Shown: positions 18,713-29,202, counted from the first letter of the stretch. The stretch is 64,000 nt of DNA from Spirulina sp. (GCA_044070495.1 JBIPSI010000019.1:1-64000), one strand, 5' to 3'. Made by a program: numbers and translations. The notes: generated from the letters alone by a model not told the origin.

Positions 18713-19993
18713 GTGATGGGTACAGAGCGAGTGAATCGTCGAGCCTTGGGGCTAGGGCTGGCGTTGGGTGGGCTGCTAGCGGGGCTGGTGGTTCAGGTTC
18801 CGGGTTGGGCGGTGGATGCGAACCAGGCCACGTCTCCCTTCCTTTCCATGGGAGAACGCTTAGAACAAGCCAGCGTCAGCGATCTCCTAGCCCAGGCCAC
18901 GGTCATCCCCGATCCTACGCCCGTGGTGCCCCTGCACCCGATGCCATCGGCAGACATGGCCGATTTTTGGGCCACGGTGCATCTGCCCCAGGATCGTCGG
19001 CCCCTTTTGCAGGCGATTCAGCACAGCCTTACCTACCTCGCAACCCCCAAGGCCGCTACGGACTATCAGGCTCAACCTACGCCGGGCATGACCCAGGCAA
19101 GGGTGATCCACAGCCTGCGCCGTCTGCGCCAGTTGGTGCAAAATAGCCCCAACGATGCCGCCTTCCAAGCAGCCCTGGCGCGGGAATTTGTGCTGTATCA
19201 ATCCATTGGCCGCGACGGCGAGGGCACCGTGGGCTTTACGGGCTATTTCGAGCCGTACTTTGCCGCCAGTGCCGTCCCCACCGCCGAGTTTCGCTACCCC
19301 CTCTATCGTCGCCCCGCCGATTTAGACACCTGGCCCACCCCCCACCCCACCCGCTTAGATCTAGAGGGCGTCGATGGGTTGCAGGCCAGCCAAGGCCCCC
19401 TGCAAGGGCTGGAACTGGTGTGGCTGGCCAGTCGTTTAGAGGCTTTCCTGGTGCAAGTGCAGGGTTCCGCCAAGTTGGGCCTCACCGATGGCCGCGTGAT
19501 GACCGTGGGCTACGCCGGACGCACGGACTACCCCTACACCAGTATTGGCCGCGCCCTGGTCGAAGACGGCAAAATTGCCGCTGAAGATCTGTCTCTGCCC
19601 AACCTGCTGGCCTACTTCGAGGCCCACCCCGACGAGCTAGACACCTACATTCCCCAAAACGAGCGGTTTATCTTCTTTCGCCAAACCGATGGCGGGCCAC
19701 CCACGGGTAGCCTCAGCGTGCCGGTTACCGCTGGGCACTCCATCGCCACCGATAAAACCCTAATGCCGCCCGGAGCCATGGCGATCATTCAAGCGCCCCT
19801 GCCCCAACGCACCCCCAGCGGCGACTGGGACAGCCAGCCCACCACCCGCCTCGTGCTCGATCAAGACACGGGTGGAGCGATCATCGGCCCCGGTCGGGTG
19901 GATCTCTTCGTCGGATCTGGCCCCGAAGCGGGCGAACTGGCGGGCCGCATCAACACCCCCGGCCACCTCTACTATCTGCTGCTGCGACCATAG
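18713..19993 (+). CDS. mltA: Membrane-bound lytic murein transglycosylase A
   Basis: FTGYFEP, VQVQGS, YTSIG, SIATD, DQDTGGAI, GRVDLFVG. Confidence 0.93.
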   Translation: MMGTERVNRRALGLGLALGGLLAGLVVQVPGWAVDANQATSPFLSMGERLEQASVSDLLAQATVIPDPTPVVPLHPMPSADMADFWATVHLPQDRRPLLQAIQHSLTYLATPKAATDYQAQPTPGMTQARVIHSLRRLRQLVQNSPNDAAFQAALAREFVLYQSIGRDGEGTVGFTGYFEPYFAASAVPTAEFRYPLYRRPADLDTWPTPHPTRLDLEGVDGLQASQGPLQGLELVWLASRLEAFLVQVQGSAKLGLTDGRVMTVGYAGRTDYPYTSIGRALVEDGKIAAEDLSLPNLLAYFEAHPDELDTYIPQNERFIFFRQTDGGPPTGSLSVPVTAGHSIATDKTLMPPGAMAIIQAPLPQRTPSGDWDSQPTTRLVLDQDTGGAIIGPGRVDLFVGSGPEAGELAGRINTPGHLYYLLLRP

Positions 19994-20203
19994 GGTTAGC
20001 TATATGGCAGATTCCCTAATACCGAGCCCAGGTAGCAGCACATCCAGTCAAATTCGTAGGGTGCATTGCTGCGCGAATGCACCACCCAGAGGCTATCGCG
20101 CTACCCAACTTACGGGAAATCCAGGCTTTTCGGCTTTGTGTCAGGCAAGCGGGGAGGACTGTCTACAATGGGGGTCTGTCGCCCTGTATTGAGGAACTGG
20201 GTT

Positions 20204-20902
20204 ATGGTGCAAAGTCCTATGGCCGCCCAGGGGCTTTACCCCGATTCTGACGGTCAACCGATGGCAGAAAACACCCTTCAATACCGCTGGATTGTCCGGT
20301 TGGTGAGCAATTTAAGACGGCTGTTGAACGACCAAACGGCCTTTGTAGCCGGGGATTTGCTGTGGTATCCCATCCCGGTGGAGGTGCCTCCAGCCCCAGC
20401 CCAGGCCCCCGATGCCATGGTGGTGCTAGGGCGGCCCCCTGGCGAACGGGGCAGCTATAAACAGTGGGAGGAAGACAACATCGCGCCCCAGGTGGTGTTT
20501 GAGATTCTTTCCCCCAGCAACAGTGCCCGCGAAATGCTGACCAAGCAGGCGTTCTACAGCCAGTATGGGGTGCTAGAAATGTACTTCTACGACCCCGAAA
20601 CCTTTGATTTTTGGGGCATGGTTCGTTCCAGTGCCGACCAAGATTTTGCCCCCATCATGGCGATGAATGTGCCCTGGGTATCGCCGCTGCTGGGCATTCG
20701 GTTCGAGCTGTTTGACACCGGGCTGGAGGTGTTCTACCCCAACGGAGATCGCTTCCAAGATCCAGAGGAGGTGATCGTGGAACGGGAACAGTTTCAGCAA
20801 GAGCGCGACCAAGCTCAGCAGGAACGGGATCGTGCTCAGCAAGAACGCGACCGTGCCTTTGCCAAGTTGAGGGAACTGGGCATCGATCCTAGCCAGCTTT
20901 AG
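20204..20902 (+). CDS. Uma2-family endonuclease with C-terminal QQERDRA heptad repeats
   Basis: YPDSDGQPMAEN, APDAMVV, PQVVFEILSPSN. Confidence 0.9.
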   Translation: MVQSPMAAQGLYPDSDGQPMAENTLQYRWIVRLVSNLRRLLNDQTAFVAGDLLWYPIPVEVPPAPAQAPDAMVVLGRPPGERGSYKQWEEDNIAPQVVFEILSPSNSAREMLTKQAFYSQYGVLEMYFYDPETFDFWGMVRSSADQDFAPIMAMNVPWVSPLLGIRFELFDTGLEVFYPNGDRFQDPEEVIVEREQFQQERDQAQQERDRAQQERDRAFAKLRELGIDPSQL

Positions 20903-21049
20903 GGCCACTGATCGCAAGTCCGCATTAGAAACCCCCAATTCCCAGCCCAACAAGCTGTAGGGGCGAGGTCTCCTCGCCCGCTGATACCGGGGGCAAACAA
21001 GCCAGCTTTAGAGAAGATAAGTCCTCGATGCAGCCTTGGCCATTGGCCA

Positions 21050-22471
21050 TCATTGAGCGTCTTCCTTGGGGATGAGGCGCTCTAGGGCGAGTTGTAGATC
21101 GGTGGTGAACTGAGCGACGGCCTGTTTGCGGCTGGCTTGGTAATCGGGCCAGCGATCCCTCACGGACATGGGTTCGCCCACGGTGACGGTGGCCACCTGG
21201 GGGCCAAGTTTGGGCCGAGGAAACGGATTTTCGCCCTTAATCAACCAAACAATATCCCGCACAATCATCAGGGTTTCGGCAAAGCGTTCGGCGGTGGGGC
21301 GTTCCCGCACATACTGCCCGGTGACGGCCACAAAATTTTCCACCAGCCGCATGTGCCACATCCGCAGGCTAGATTCCTCGGCCTCTCGGTCGGCCAAGCC
21401 ACGGGCCACGGCGGAGAGGGGCTGATCCTCCCCCAATTCCTGGCGAAAAATGCGTTCCCAACCCGCCTGTTCAATGCGGCGGCAGCGGTCGATCATGGTG
21501 CCACGGGGGGGCAGTTGAAAGTAGGTTTCCGCCACCTGCAAAGCGGCATTGCGTAAGACCTCCAAACGATCCGCAAAGGGCATGGGCTGTGCCGCCAAGG
21601 GCATTTGGTACACCCGATGGTAGTAGTCTTCCATCACGCCGAGCAGGTGTTCGCCCAGGGTTAGCAGACGTTGGTAGCGTCGCTGCATGGTGGCGTCGGT
21701 AAGGCCCATTAAACCCGCAGATTCGCCTTTTGAGTCCCCTGCCGCTGCCCGTGGATGGTCAGGCTGAGCCTGGGTCACCGATAGCCCCGTTTCCCGCTCC
21801 AGACGGTCGAGCCACTGATCCAGCCGATCCCAGGGGGGCGGCGTGTATTCGTAGGTAATCCCCACCGGGAGGATCGATACCTGCTCCAGGCGTTCGGCCT
21901 CCTGGAGGTCGCTAACACACCAAAAACCCATCTGGGCAATGCCCGGCTCTAGGGGGCTAACCAGTTCCGTGTGGCCATTATTGCCGCCCTCTGGTGCCGC
22001 TGCCATCGGCCATTGACCATGGGCAAACAGGTATCGAGCCGAGCGCAACCCTTGGCGATCCAACTTACCCCGCTGGATCGGGGTGCCGCCCAACCGCGCA
22101 TAAAACCCACCCACCCAAGACCCTGCCCAGAGGGGTATGCCTCGGTCGTAGATAAAGTGGGCGTGAGGCTGATCGAGCGTGACCCCCAGTTCCTTGGCCC
22201 GTCGGGGCACGTCGTACCACAGCAAATGGGCCATACAAAAGGCATCCTGGGGGCTGGGGTGGCGAAAGGCCAGTAGGAAACGATGCTTTTGGGCCTGGAA
22301 ATCCCGCATCAGATACACCAGCGGATCCACATTGCGAGACTCTATCCGCTGCAAATTCTCTCGCCAGCGCAGCCAGTAGGGCATGAGTAGGCGCGTTACC
22401 CCAATCACGGTTGGGTTGGGTTGGGGCGGCAAAAAGCGTAGGGGGGGCTGGGCTTGCTGAAAAAACTGCAC
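21050..22471 (-). CDS. Phospholipid/glycerol acyltransferase (PlsC-like)
   Basis: FRHPSPQD (HxxxxD), GGTPIQRG, APEG, ILPVGI. Confidence 0.85.
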   Translation of the reverse strand: MQFFQQAQPPLRFLPPQPNPTVIGVTRLLMPYWLRWRENLQRIESRNVDPLVYLMRDFQAQKHRFLLAFRHPSPQDAFCMAHLLWYDVPRRAKELGVTLDQPHAHFIYDRGIPLWAGSWVGGFYARLGGTPIQRGKLDRQGLRSARYLFAHGQWPMAAAPEGGNNGHTELVSPLEPGIAQMGFWCVSDLQEAERLEQVSILPVGITYEYTPPPWDRLDQWLDRLERETGLSVTQAQPDHPRAAAGDSKGESAGLMGLTDATMQRRYQRLLTLGEHLLGVMEDYYHRVYQMPLAAQPMPFADRLEVLRNAALQVAETYFQLPPRGTMIDRCRRIEQAGWERIFRQELGEDQPLSAVARGLADREAEESSLRMWHMRLVENFVAVTGQYVRERPTAERFAETLMIVRDIVWLIKGENPFPRPKLGPQVATVTVGEPMSVRDRWPDYQASRKQAVAQFTTDLQLALERLIPKEDAQ

Positions 22472-22525
22472 GACAGGATTCCCTCTGGGCGATGGGAGAC
22501 GATGGCACCCCGATAATAGATCGCT

Positions 22526-23740
22526 TTAACAACGCTGATAGCGATGGCTACCGGGGGGCGTTTGGGTGACTAGGCCCTCCAATTCTAGGTGCAGCAGGTT
22601 GCTAAGAATTTCTCCGGTGGGCCGATTGAGGCGCTGGACGAGGTGATCGAGGGTGATGGGGGCGGGGGTGATGGCGGCGAGGACGGCAGCTAGGTCGGGG
22701 GATAGATCGGCGGGGGCAGGCCGAGGACTGGGGGAACCCTGGGGTGGCGCTGTTTTTCTGGAGGTCTTGCCTGAGGTCTTGCCTGAGGTCGATGACTCCT
22801 TATTGGCAGTGGCCTGGGTGGGCGGGGCATCGAGTTGGGGAATCTGGCCCAGGTCTCGGATTAGGGTGGTGTCGTCCCAGATCATCTGCGCCCCTTGGCG
22901 AATTAGGTCTAGGCAGCCCAGGCTGGCGGGGTTATCGAGGGAACCGGGCAGGGCGTAGACCTCGCGGCCATAGTCGTTGGCGAGGCGGGCGGTGATCAGG
23001 GCACCGGAACGCAGGGGGGCTTCGGTGACCACGGTGGCGCGACTGAGGCCAGCAATGATGCGGTTGCGGCGGGGGAAGTGGGTGCGGTCGGGTGGGGTGT
23101 CGTTGGGGTGCTCGCTCAGCAACAGACCCTCTTCGGCAATGCGGGCTTGTAGGGCTTGGTTGCTCCAAGGATAGCTCCGGTCTACCCCGGTGCCCAGCAC
23201 GGCGATGGTGAGGCCCTTACTATCCAAGGCTTGGCTGTGGGCACAGCGATCAATGCCGCTGGCGAGGCCCGACACCACAATCACATCGTGGCGGGCCAGT
23301 TGTTGAACAATGCGGCGAGTCCAGCGTTGGCCGTAGTCCGAGGGGTCGCGGGTGCCAACAATTCCCACCGAGGGCATGGTCTGCACCGCCTGGGCCAATT
23401 CGGTGCGGCCTTTGTAATAGAGCAAGGGCGGCGGGTCGGTAATTTCAAACAGCAGGGCCGGATAGTCGGGGTCGGCGGGGGTCCAAAAATTCGCCCCGTT
23501 CTCCTCCCATTGGCCTAGAAGTTTGTCGGGATCCACCCGCTGGCGATAGTCGGCTAACTGCGAGGCCAGCAAGATCCCAATCCCCTCCACCTCCAGCAGT
23601 GCCCCATCATCGGCCTGCCACGCCGCTGCCAAGCTACCAAAGTGGCTGTGCAACCGCTTCAGCAACACCGACCCCACCCCCTTAGCCTCAGCCCAGGCCA
23701 CCCAGTAGGCACGCTCTGTAGTCAACGATCTATCCCCCAA
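22526..23740 (-). CDS. dprA: DNA processing protein DprA
   Basis: VGTR, VSGLASGID, FPRRNRIIAGLS, SGALITA, winged-helix tail. Confidence 0.96.
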   Translation of the reverse strand: MGDRSLTTERAYWVAWAEAKGVGSVLLKRLHSHFGSLAAAWQADDGALLEVEGIGILLASQLADYRQRVDPDKLLGQWEENGANFWTPADPDYPALLFEITDPPPLLYYKGRTELAQAVQTMPSVGIVGTRDPSDYGQRWTRRIVQQLARHDVIVVSGLASGIDRCAHSQALDSKGLTIAVLGTGVDRSYPWSNQALQARIAEEGLLLSEHPNDTPPDRTHFPRRNRIIAGLSRATVVTEAPLRSGALITARLANDYGREVYALPGSLDNPASLGCLDLIRQGAQMIWDDTTLIRDLGQIPQLDAPPTQATANKESSTSGKTSGKTSRKTAPPQGSPSPRPAPADLSPDLAAVLAAITPAPITLDHLVQRLNRPTGEILSNLLHLELEGLVTQTPPGSHRYQRC

Positions 23741-23895
23741 TGGTGTGCTGTTAGTGTTCCCGCCCCCGGTCGGTTATACACCCCCAGGCCGGGGGCTTTC
23801 CTCCCTCCCTTCCCGCCACCCCACCCGCCATCATGGAGGTAAGTCATTCGGGAGAGGCTGCCCGCCCGTCACTCAACCGCTGCAAGGAGGAGATT

Positions 23896-24363
23896 ATGCC
23901 AAGCACCACCTGGTCATCCGTTTGGGATCTCACCGCCGCCCAGGCCCAACTCGATGCCATCACCGCCGCCCTGATGCCCCTGGATGTGGCCCCCTCCGGT
24001 CGGGTGCAGGTGCCCTCGGTGGAACTGCAAGAAACCGACGATGCCATCCTCGTCACCGCCTTTTTGCCCGGTGTCGATCCCCGTGCGGTGCAGGTGCGGG
24101 CCAGCGCCAACGGCATCACCTTCTTTGGTCAGCGCCAGTCGGGCTATCACCATCCCCTCGGTATTGGCATCGGCATTAATCACTTTCAGCACAGTGTTCC
24201 CCTGCCTGCCCCCGTTCAAGATCGGGCCATGCAGGTTGCCTACGCCCAAGGAGCCATTGTGGTGACCCTACCGAAGCGCAAACCCCTCTGGCAGCGCACT
24301 TGGCACACCCTCAAACAGAGCTTCCATCGGCTTATGACCCGGCTGACAGCTAGATCTGCCTAA
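23896..24363 (+). CDS. Hsp20/alpha-crystallin family protein
   Basis: AGGAGG RBS; VELQETDDAI...LPG, FQHSVPLP, YAQGAIVVTLPK. Confidence 0.85.
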   Translation: MPSTTWSSVWDLTAAQAQLDAITAALMPLDVAPSGRVQVPSVELQETDDAILVTAFLPGVDPRAVQVRASANGITFFGQRQSGYHHPLGIGIGINHFQHSVPLPAPVQDRAMQVAYAQGAIVVTLPKRKPLWQRTWHTLKQSFHRLMTRLTARSA

Positions 24364-24477
24364 GCTTCCCAGTGCTTTGATCTATCCAAGCCAGTCCCTC
24401 CAACCGCAGTGGATCACAAACATGCTCTTTTACCGAGATCCCGCCCACCCTAACGGGAAGCAAGCTACACCCTACAG

Positions 24478-24563
24478 CCCTCTCCCAACATGGGAGAGGG
24501 ACTTTGAAGGACTTCCGGCTCCCCTCTCCTCTCTGGGAGAGGGGCTGGGGGTGAGGGTTCCAG
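24478..24563. repeat. Double-hairpin cyanobacterial dispersed repeat (CCCTCTCCC..GGGAGAGGG / GGGGCTGGGGGTGAGGG family)
   Basis: Near-identical to 9716-9756 and related to 33844-34088 and 44208-44427. Confidence 0.85.
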
Positions 24564-24584
24564 GGACTTTGTGATCTACTGAGG

Positions 24585-25226
24585 CTAGGTATCCGGTGGC
24601 GGGTCAAACTGGTGAGGATCGACTTTGAGGGTGAGACGCAGGGGCAGAAACAACTGCCAGCGAATCGCCACGGCCCGCATTCCAAAAATCAGGCCCATGG
24701 CCACCAGTCGCCCCAGGGGAGAAGGCATGACCCGCAGCAGCAACACGTAGAGGATGCCCCCCAGCACAATCGGAGTGGCGTAGAGTTCTCTCGACAGCAG
24801 CAGGGTAGGCCGATGGGTGACCACATCCCGCAGAATGCCCCCGGCAATGCTGGTGATCAACCCCATCACCACCGCCACCGCCGCCGGATGTTCTAGGGAC
24901 AGGGTTTTGTCAATGGCCTGCACCGAAAACAGCGCCACCCCCATGGCATCCAGGTAGGCCAACAACCGAGGCGGCAGCTTGAGGATAAAGCGAATGCCTA
25001 AAAAGGTAATAAAAGAAGCCCCCAGCGCCACCCAAAACGCGGTGAGATCCACCAGCCAAAAGACGGGCACATCCAAGATCACATCCCGCAGGGTGCCGCC
25101 ACCAATGGCCGTCAGCAGCCCCACCACCACAATGCTGAAAATATCCAGCCGCTGCCGCGCCGCCGACAACACCCCCGACACGGCAAACACCGCCACCCCC
25201 GCCTGGGCCAAGGCATACTCCATCAC
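24585..25226 (-). CDS. Trimeric intracellular cation channel family / UPF0126 membrane protein
   Basis: Duplicated motif TAIGGGTLRD and TSIAGGILRD; ELYA. Confidence 0.9.
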   Translation of the reverse strand: MMEYALAQAGVAVFAVSGVLSAARQRLDIFSIVVVGLLTAIGGGTLRDVILDVPVFWLVDLTAFWVALGASFITFLGIRFILKLPPRLLAYLDAMGVALFSVQAIDKTLSLEHPAAVAVVMGLITSIAGGILRDVVTHRPTLLLSRELYATPIVLGGILYVLLLRVMPSPLGRLVAMGLIFGMRAVAIRWQLFLPLRLTLKVDPHQFDPPPDT

Positions 25227-25738
25227 TGCACCTCCATCACCAACGATTCCTATTGTGCAGGCATTACCCGACCCCTGAAAGATCTAGACTCAATCACAGC
25301 CTGACTTTTTAGAGCCTATTTTTGTTACCTTTTGCTTCAAAAAAGCCCATTACCAGCCTTTTTTCGACTAGAAATGAAGAAGCCTCTAGTGCAAGAAATG
25401 ATGCTCTCGCAACAAGAGTAGATCGCTTGAACTATTTGCTTATTTCATAAGCCATAAACGGCTTATTCCTAGGATTGAAATGTCCTGATTGGAATAGGTT
25501 CGTCGATGGCAACAGGATCTCTATTCGGTGCGAGGCATAGATTTCCTGTCGTGCCCTAGGTTGGTCAATCCTTCCATTGTCGTTTGTCGTTGTCGCTATA
25601 TCCCGTCGTCCAGGTCATTAACCTTCGTTTGACTTGGGTGCAAGATAGCGACCCCATAGCATCGCTGTGATCCAGGATTTTTTATCCTGAATCCCCAGTG
25701 TGCTGTGTTTATAAACCTTTCAAGGCGATGAGGTTATT

Positions 25739-26167
25739 ATGACAAACACTCGCGTTTTTCCATGGTTACGAGGCTTTTTTTCTGGTTTAATTCTATCGGC
25801 GGTTGCTGTTCCTGCTGCTGTAACCGTTGCTCAAATGTATCCGTCTTCCTTTGAGGATCTTTGGGAAGTTCAGGGTGATATTCGTAGCTGCCGAATGGTG
25901 ATTGAGGCAACCCAATCAGAAATCTTTGACAATACTGAACTGTATGCCAAACCCGCGAACCAAATTGGCACCTTTCGAGGGGGACAATATGTCTTCTTGA
26001 CGGGGGTTTTTCGTAAGTTTGATGGAACTACGGCTGTGCAAGTCTACACCTTTAATGACGCTTGGTTTGAGAATGAGGACACCCCGATGAATTTTAGGCC
26101 TCTTGGAACGCAGTATTTTCCACAACCCGTGGGATGGGTTGATGCCAGAAAGTTGACTAGGTGCTAA
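25739..26167 (+). CDS. Hypothetical secreted protein (possibly SH3-like)
   Basis: GAGG RBS, signal-like N-terminus, ends in GWV motif; lower GC than the flanks. Confidence 0.65.
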   Translation: MTNTRVFPWLRGFFSGLILSAVAVPAAVTVAQMYPSSFEDLWEVQGDIRSCRMVIEATQSEIFDNTELYAKPANQIGTFRGGQYVFLTGVFRKFDGTTAVQVYTFNDAWFENEDTPMNFRPLGTQYFPQPVGWVDARKLTRC

Positions 26168-26197
26168 GGTAACCTAGCATCCTAATGTTGAGCTAAC

Positions 26198-26830
26198 GTG
26201 CACAACTCACGTCCTGCATCCGATCCTCCTTCCCTCACTGCCGCCGATTGGGAACGCCGTTACCAGGAGGGCAGCACCCGCTGGGATTTGGGCCAAGCGG
26301 CTCCGGGACTTCAGGCGTTGCTAGCGGATGACCAAACTCCGGCTCCCGGTCGGGCGATGGTGCTGGGGGCAGGGCGGGGCCACGATGCGTTGTTGTTGGC
26401 TAGCCATGGGTTTGCGGTGACGGCGGTGGATTTTGCTCCTTCGGCAATTCGGGCCATGGCAGAGCAGGCCGCTGCGGTCAACCTCTCTATCACTCTGCTG
26501 GAGCAGAATATTTTCGATCTGGTGCCGGAATGGGCGGGCCAGTTTGACTACGTGGTGGAGCACACCTGTTTCTGTGCCATTGCTCCCAATTTGCGCCCTG
26601 CCTATTCCAAACTCGCGGCGGATTTGCTGGTGCCGGGGGGGGAATTGCTGGCTGTTTTCTTCACCCATAGCCGAGGGGGTGGGCCTCCCTTTGGCATTTC
26701 TCTGCAGGAACTTCAGGAGATTTTTTCGCCCTACTTTGCGGTGGATAGTCTGCATCCCGTAGCAAATTCCATTCCCACCCGTCAGGGCGAAGAACATCTG
26801 GGCCGCTTCCGGCGGCTGGGCGAGATCTAG
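26198..26830 (+). CDS. Thiopurine S-methyltransferase-like SAM methyltransferase
   Basis: WERRY...WDLG, LGAGRGHD, VDFAP, EHTCFCAI, GPPF. Confidence 0.88.
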   Translation: MHNSRPASDPPSLTAADWERRYQEGSTRWDLGQAAPGLQALLADDQTPAPGRAMVLGAGRGHDALLLASHGFAVTAVDFAPSAIRAMAEQAAAVNLSITLLEQNIFDLVPEWAGQFDYVVEHTCFCAIAPNLRPAYSKLAADLLVPGGELLAVFFTHSRGGGPPFGISLQELQEIFSPYFAVDSLHPVANSIPTRQGEEHLGRFRRLGEI

Positions 26831-28275
26831 TGTCTTCGCGGCGACCTTGGTTGCGTTCGGTTTGGGGTCGTGCCCAAACTCAAATTTTGCTGTGGATAAC
26901 GGTGCTTATGGTGGGGGCGGCGGTGGGGTCTACCCTGGCGGCCCGTCAGCTTTTACGGCTTCAGCTTGATCAGCGCATTAACAGTGCCTTAGAGCAAGAA
27001 ATATCTGAAATTAGGCAACTTTTAGATGGACGAAACCCCCTAACTGGAGATTTCTTTGATGGGGATGTGCAGGCAATCTTTGATGTATTTTTATCGCGTA
27101 ACATTCCCGATAGAGACGAGGTATTTATTGCGCTTTTAAGTGACAGTTACTATGCTAAAAGCCCTCTAGATTGGCCACTTTTGCCAGAACTTTCGGAACT
27201 TTATCTTCCTCAATGGCAGGCCCTTTCTCAGCAGCAAAAAGGAGAAATTCGGCTAGGGGAAAAAACTTGGATTTATTTAGCCTATCCCTTGCCCACCCAG
27301 GGGCCAGATCGTGGTGTGTTTGTGGTAATGCAATCGCTAACCAATCAACGGCAAGAACTAGATCGGGTGATTTGGCTGGAGGCGCAGGTCTTGGGCATCA
27401 GTATGATGGTGGCATTGATATTAGCCTGGGTTGCCACGGGTCGGGTGCTGGCTCCTCTGCAAGACTTAACCCAAACGGCCCGCACCATCACCGCCGCTGA
27501 TGACCAACTTCAGCGACGCATTCCTGTACGGGGCACGATAGAAATTGCCGAACTGACGGAAACCTTTAATGCCATGCTGGCTCGATTACAGAACTCTTTT
27601 ACCAGCCAGCGCAACTTTTTGAACGACGCCAGCCACGAACTGCAAACCCCTATCACCATTTTGCAGGGCCATTTAGAACTGTTGAGTCAGCAGCCCGACG
27701 ATCACCCCGAAGCCATGGCCCTGATGCAGGATGAACTGCAACGCATGAGTCGCCTAGTGAAAGATTTACTTCTGTTAGCCACAGCGGAACGGGCTGATTT
27801 TTTGGCCCTAACCATGGTGCCTGTGGATAGGTTCCTCCAGGACATTTATGCCAAGGTTGGAGTGATGGCTCTGCGTCGATGGATACTGTCCCAAACCCCC
27901 GCTGTGCAGATTGTGGCAGATCGAGATCGGCTAACCCAGGCGATGATAAACCTGATTCAAAATGCCATTGACCACACTCAACCCGCCGATACCATCGAAC
28001 TAGGAGCGAGGTTAGTCGATCAACAGATTCACTTCCGGGTCAAAGACACGGGTTTTGGCATCAGCCCTGCGGATCAACTGCACATTTTTCAGCGCTTTGC
28101 TAGGGGCACCGGGGTACGTCAGAAACACGACGGATCTGGGTTAGGGTTAGCGATTGTTCAAGCCATTGCCGAAGCCCACGGTGGCCGAATCTTATTGACA
28201 GATACCTCCCCTCAAGGCAGTTGTTTTGTTCTTGTTTTACCCCTAGAACCGCCCCAAGATCTGAAGGGGGTGTAA
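26830..28275 (+). CDS. Sensor histidine kinase (2 TM, HAMP, HisKA, HATPase)
   Basis: DASHELQTP, NLIQNA, DTGFGI, GSGLGLAIV. Confidence 0.95.
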   Translation: MSSRRPWLRSVWGRAQTQILLWITVLMVGAAVGSTLAARQLLRLQLDQRINSALEQEISEIRQLLDGRNPLTGDFFDGDVQAIFDVFLSRNIPDRDEVFIALLSDSYYAKSPLDWPLLPELSELYLPQWQALSQQQKGEIRLGEKTWIYLAYPLPTQGPDRGVFVVMQSLTNQRQELDRVIWLEAQVLGISMMVALILAWVATGRVLAPLQDLTQTARTITAADDQLQRRIPVRGTIEIAELTETFNAMLARLQNSFTSQRNFLNDASHELQTPITILQGHLELLSQQPDDHPEAMALMQDELQRMSRLVKDLLLLATAERADFLALTMVPVDRFLQDIYAKVGVMALRRWILSQTPAVQIVADRDRLTQAMINLIQNAIDHTQPADTIELGARLVDQQIHFRVKDTGFGISPADQLHIFQRFARGTGVRQKHDGSGLGLAIVQAIAEAHGGRILLTDTSPQGSCFVLVLPLEPPQDLKGV

Positions 28276-28330
28276 ATGTGGTAAGTCTAAATATCCTGAA
28301 TAATTCTGAATCCTAAGGAGTGGCGTTACC

Positions 28331-28458
28331 CTGGCTGACAAAAGAGTCTACGTCGGTCGCGAAAACCGCGCCCCTACAGTATTGGTTACACGTAGGGGTC
28401 TGGTCTCCTGACCCTGTGGCAGATCTGGGTTCTCGCAAGTTTTGTCAGTCAACCAAGA
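28331..28458. mobile_element. MITE-like element (128 bp) with imperfect terminal inverted repeats and flanking 13-bp direct repeats
   Basis: TGGCTGACAAAA ... TTTTGTCAGTCA; GAGTGGCGTTACC at 28318-28330 and 28459-28471; internal GTAGGGG/CCCCTAC REP-like pair. Confidence 0.8.
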
Positions 28459-28533
28459 GAGTGGCGTTACCTTAACAAAAGCCCGATAATAAAGCCATAA
28501 CTCCTCAGATCTACTCAGACCATCGGATGCCCC

Positions 28534-29202
28534 ATGCCGAAAATTTTAATTGTTGAAGATGAACCGCGCATTGCTTCAGTATTAAGCAAGGGGCTGGTAA
28601 ACCGGGGTTTTGCAACCGTGGTGGTGGATCAAGGCCAGAGTGCCATTCACTTGGCCCTGGGGGGAGATTTTGATTTGATGTTGCTCGATTTGGGCCTGCC
28701 CGATCAGAGTGGATTGTCGGTGCTGAAGGCGATTCGGGAACGAGGGGAAACGCTGCCGATTATTTTGCTGACGGTCTATGATGACCTCCCCCATAAGGTT
28801 CAGGGGCTAACGGGTGGGGCCGATGACTACTTAACAAAACCCTTTCACCTAGAGGAATTGGTGGCCCGAATTCAGGTGCAATTGCGTAAGCGACCCCAGG
28901 ATCGAGAAGTACCTCAGATGACATTGCAGGTGGGCAATATTGTGTTAGATCTGCACTTGCGCCAGGTGCAGCAGGCCCATCGAGTCGTGGAGCTTTCGAC
29001 CCGTGAATTTACCCTATTAGAACTATTGATGCGGCGTTCGGGGGAGGTCGTTCAGCGGGTGGAATTGCTGCAAGCCGTGTGGGGCTATGACTACGATACC
29101 GCGTCTAATGTGGTGGATGTTTATGTGGGATATTTGCGTAAAAAACTAGGCCATCGCACTATTGAAACCGTGCGGGGCGTGGGCTATCGTCTGCGAAGCT
29201 AG
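28534..29202 (+). CDS. OmpR-family response regulator
   Basis: ILIVEDE, LLDLGLP, GADDYLTKPF, SNVVDVYVGYLRKKL, TVRGVGY. Confidence 0.96.
   Translation: MPKILIVEDEPRIASVLSKGLVNRGFATVVVDQGQSAIHLALGGDFDLMLLDLGLPDQSGLSVLKAIRERGETLPIILLTVYDDLPHKVQGLTGGADDYLTKPFHLEELVARIQVQLRKRPQDREVPQMTLQVGNIVLDLHLRQVQQAHRVVELSTREFTLLELLMRRSGEVVQRVELLQAVWGYDYDTASNVVDVYVGYLRKKLGHRTIETVRGVGYRLRS

Noticed and set aside
20780..20860. 21-bp repeats at the end of the Uma2 gene
   Set aside because: This is a common coiled-coil tail in cyanobacterial Uma2 proteins.
24350..24685. ORFs 24350-24685 (-) and 24377-24574 (+)
   Set aside because: They are translations of a dispersed repeat and overlap real genes.
25230..25700. 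Glycine riboswitch upstream of the UPF0126 gene
   Set aside because: Only short CCGAA/GAAGG words are present on the minus strand; the conserved GGAGA and CTCAGG elements were not found.
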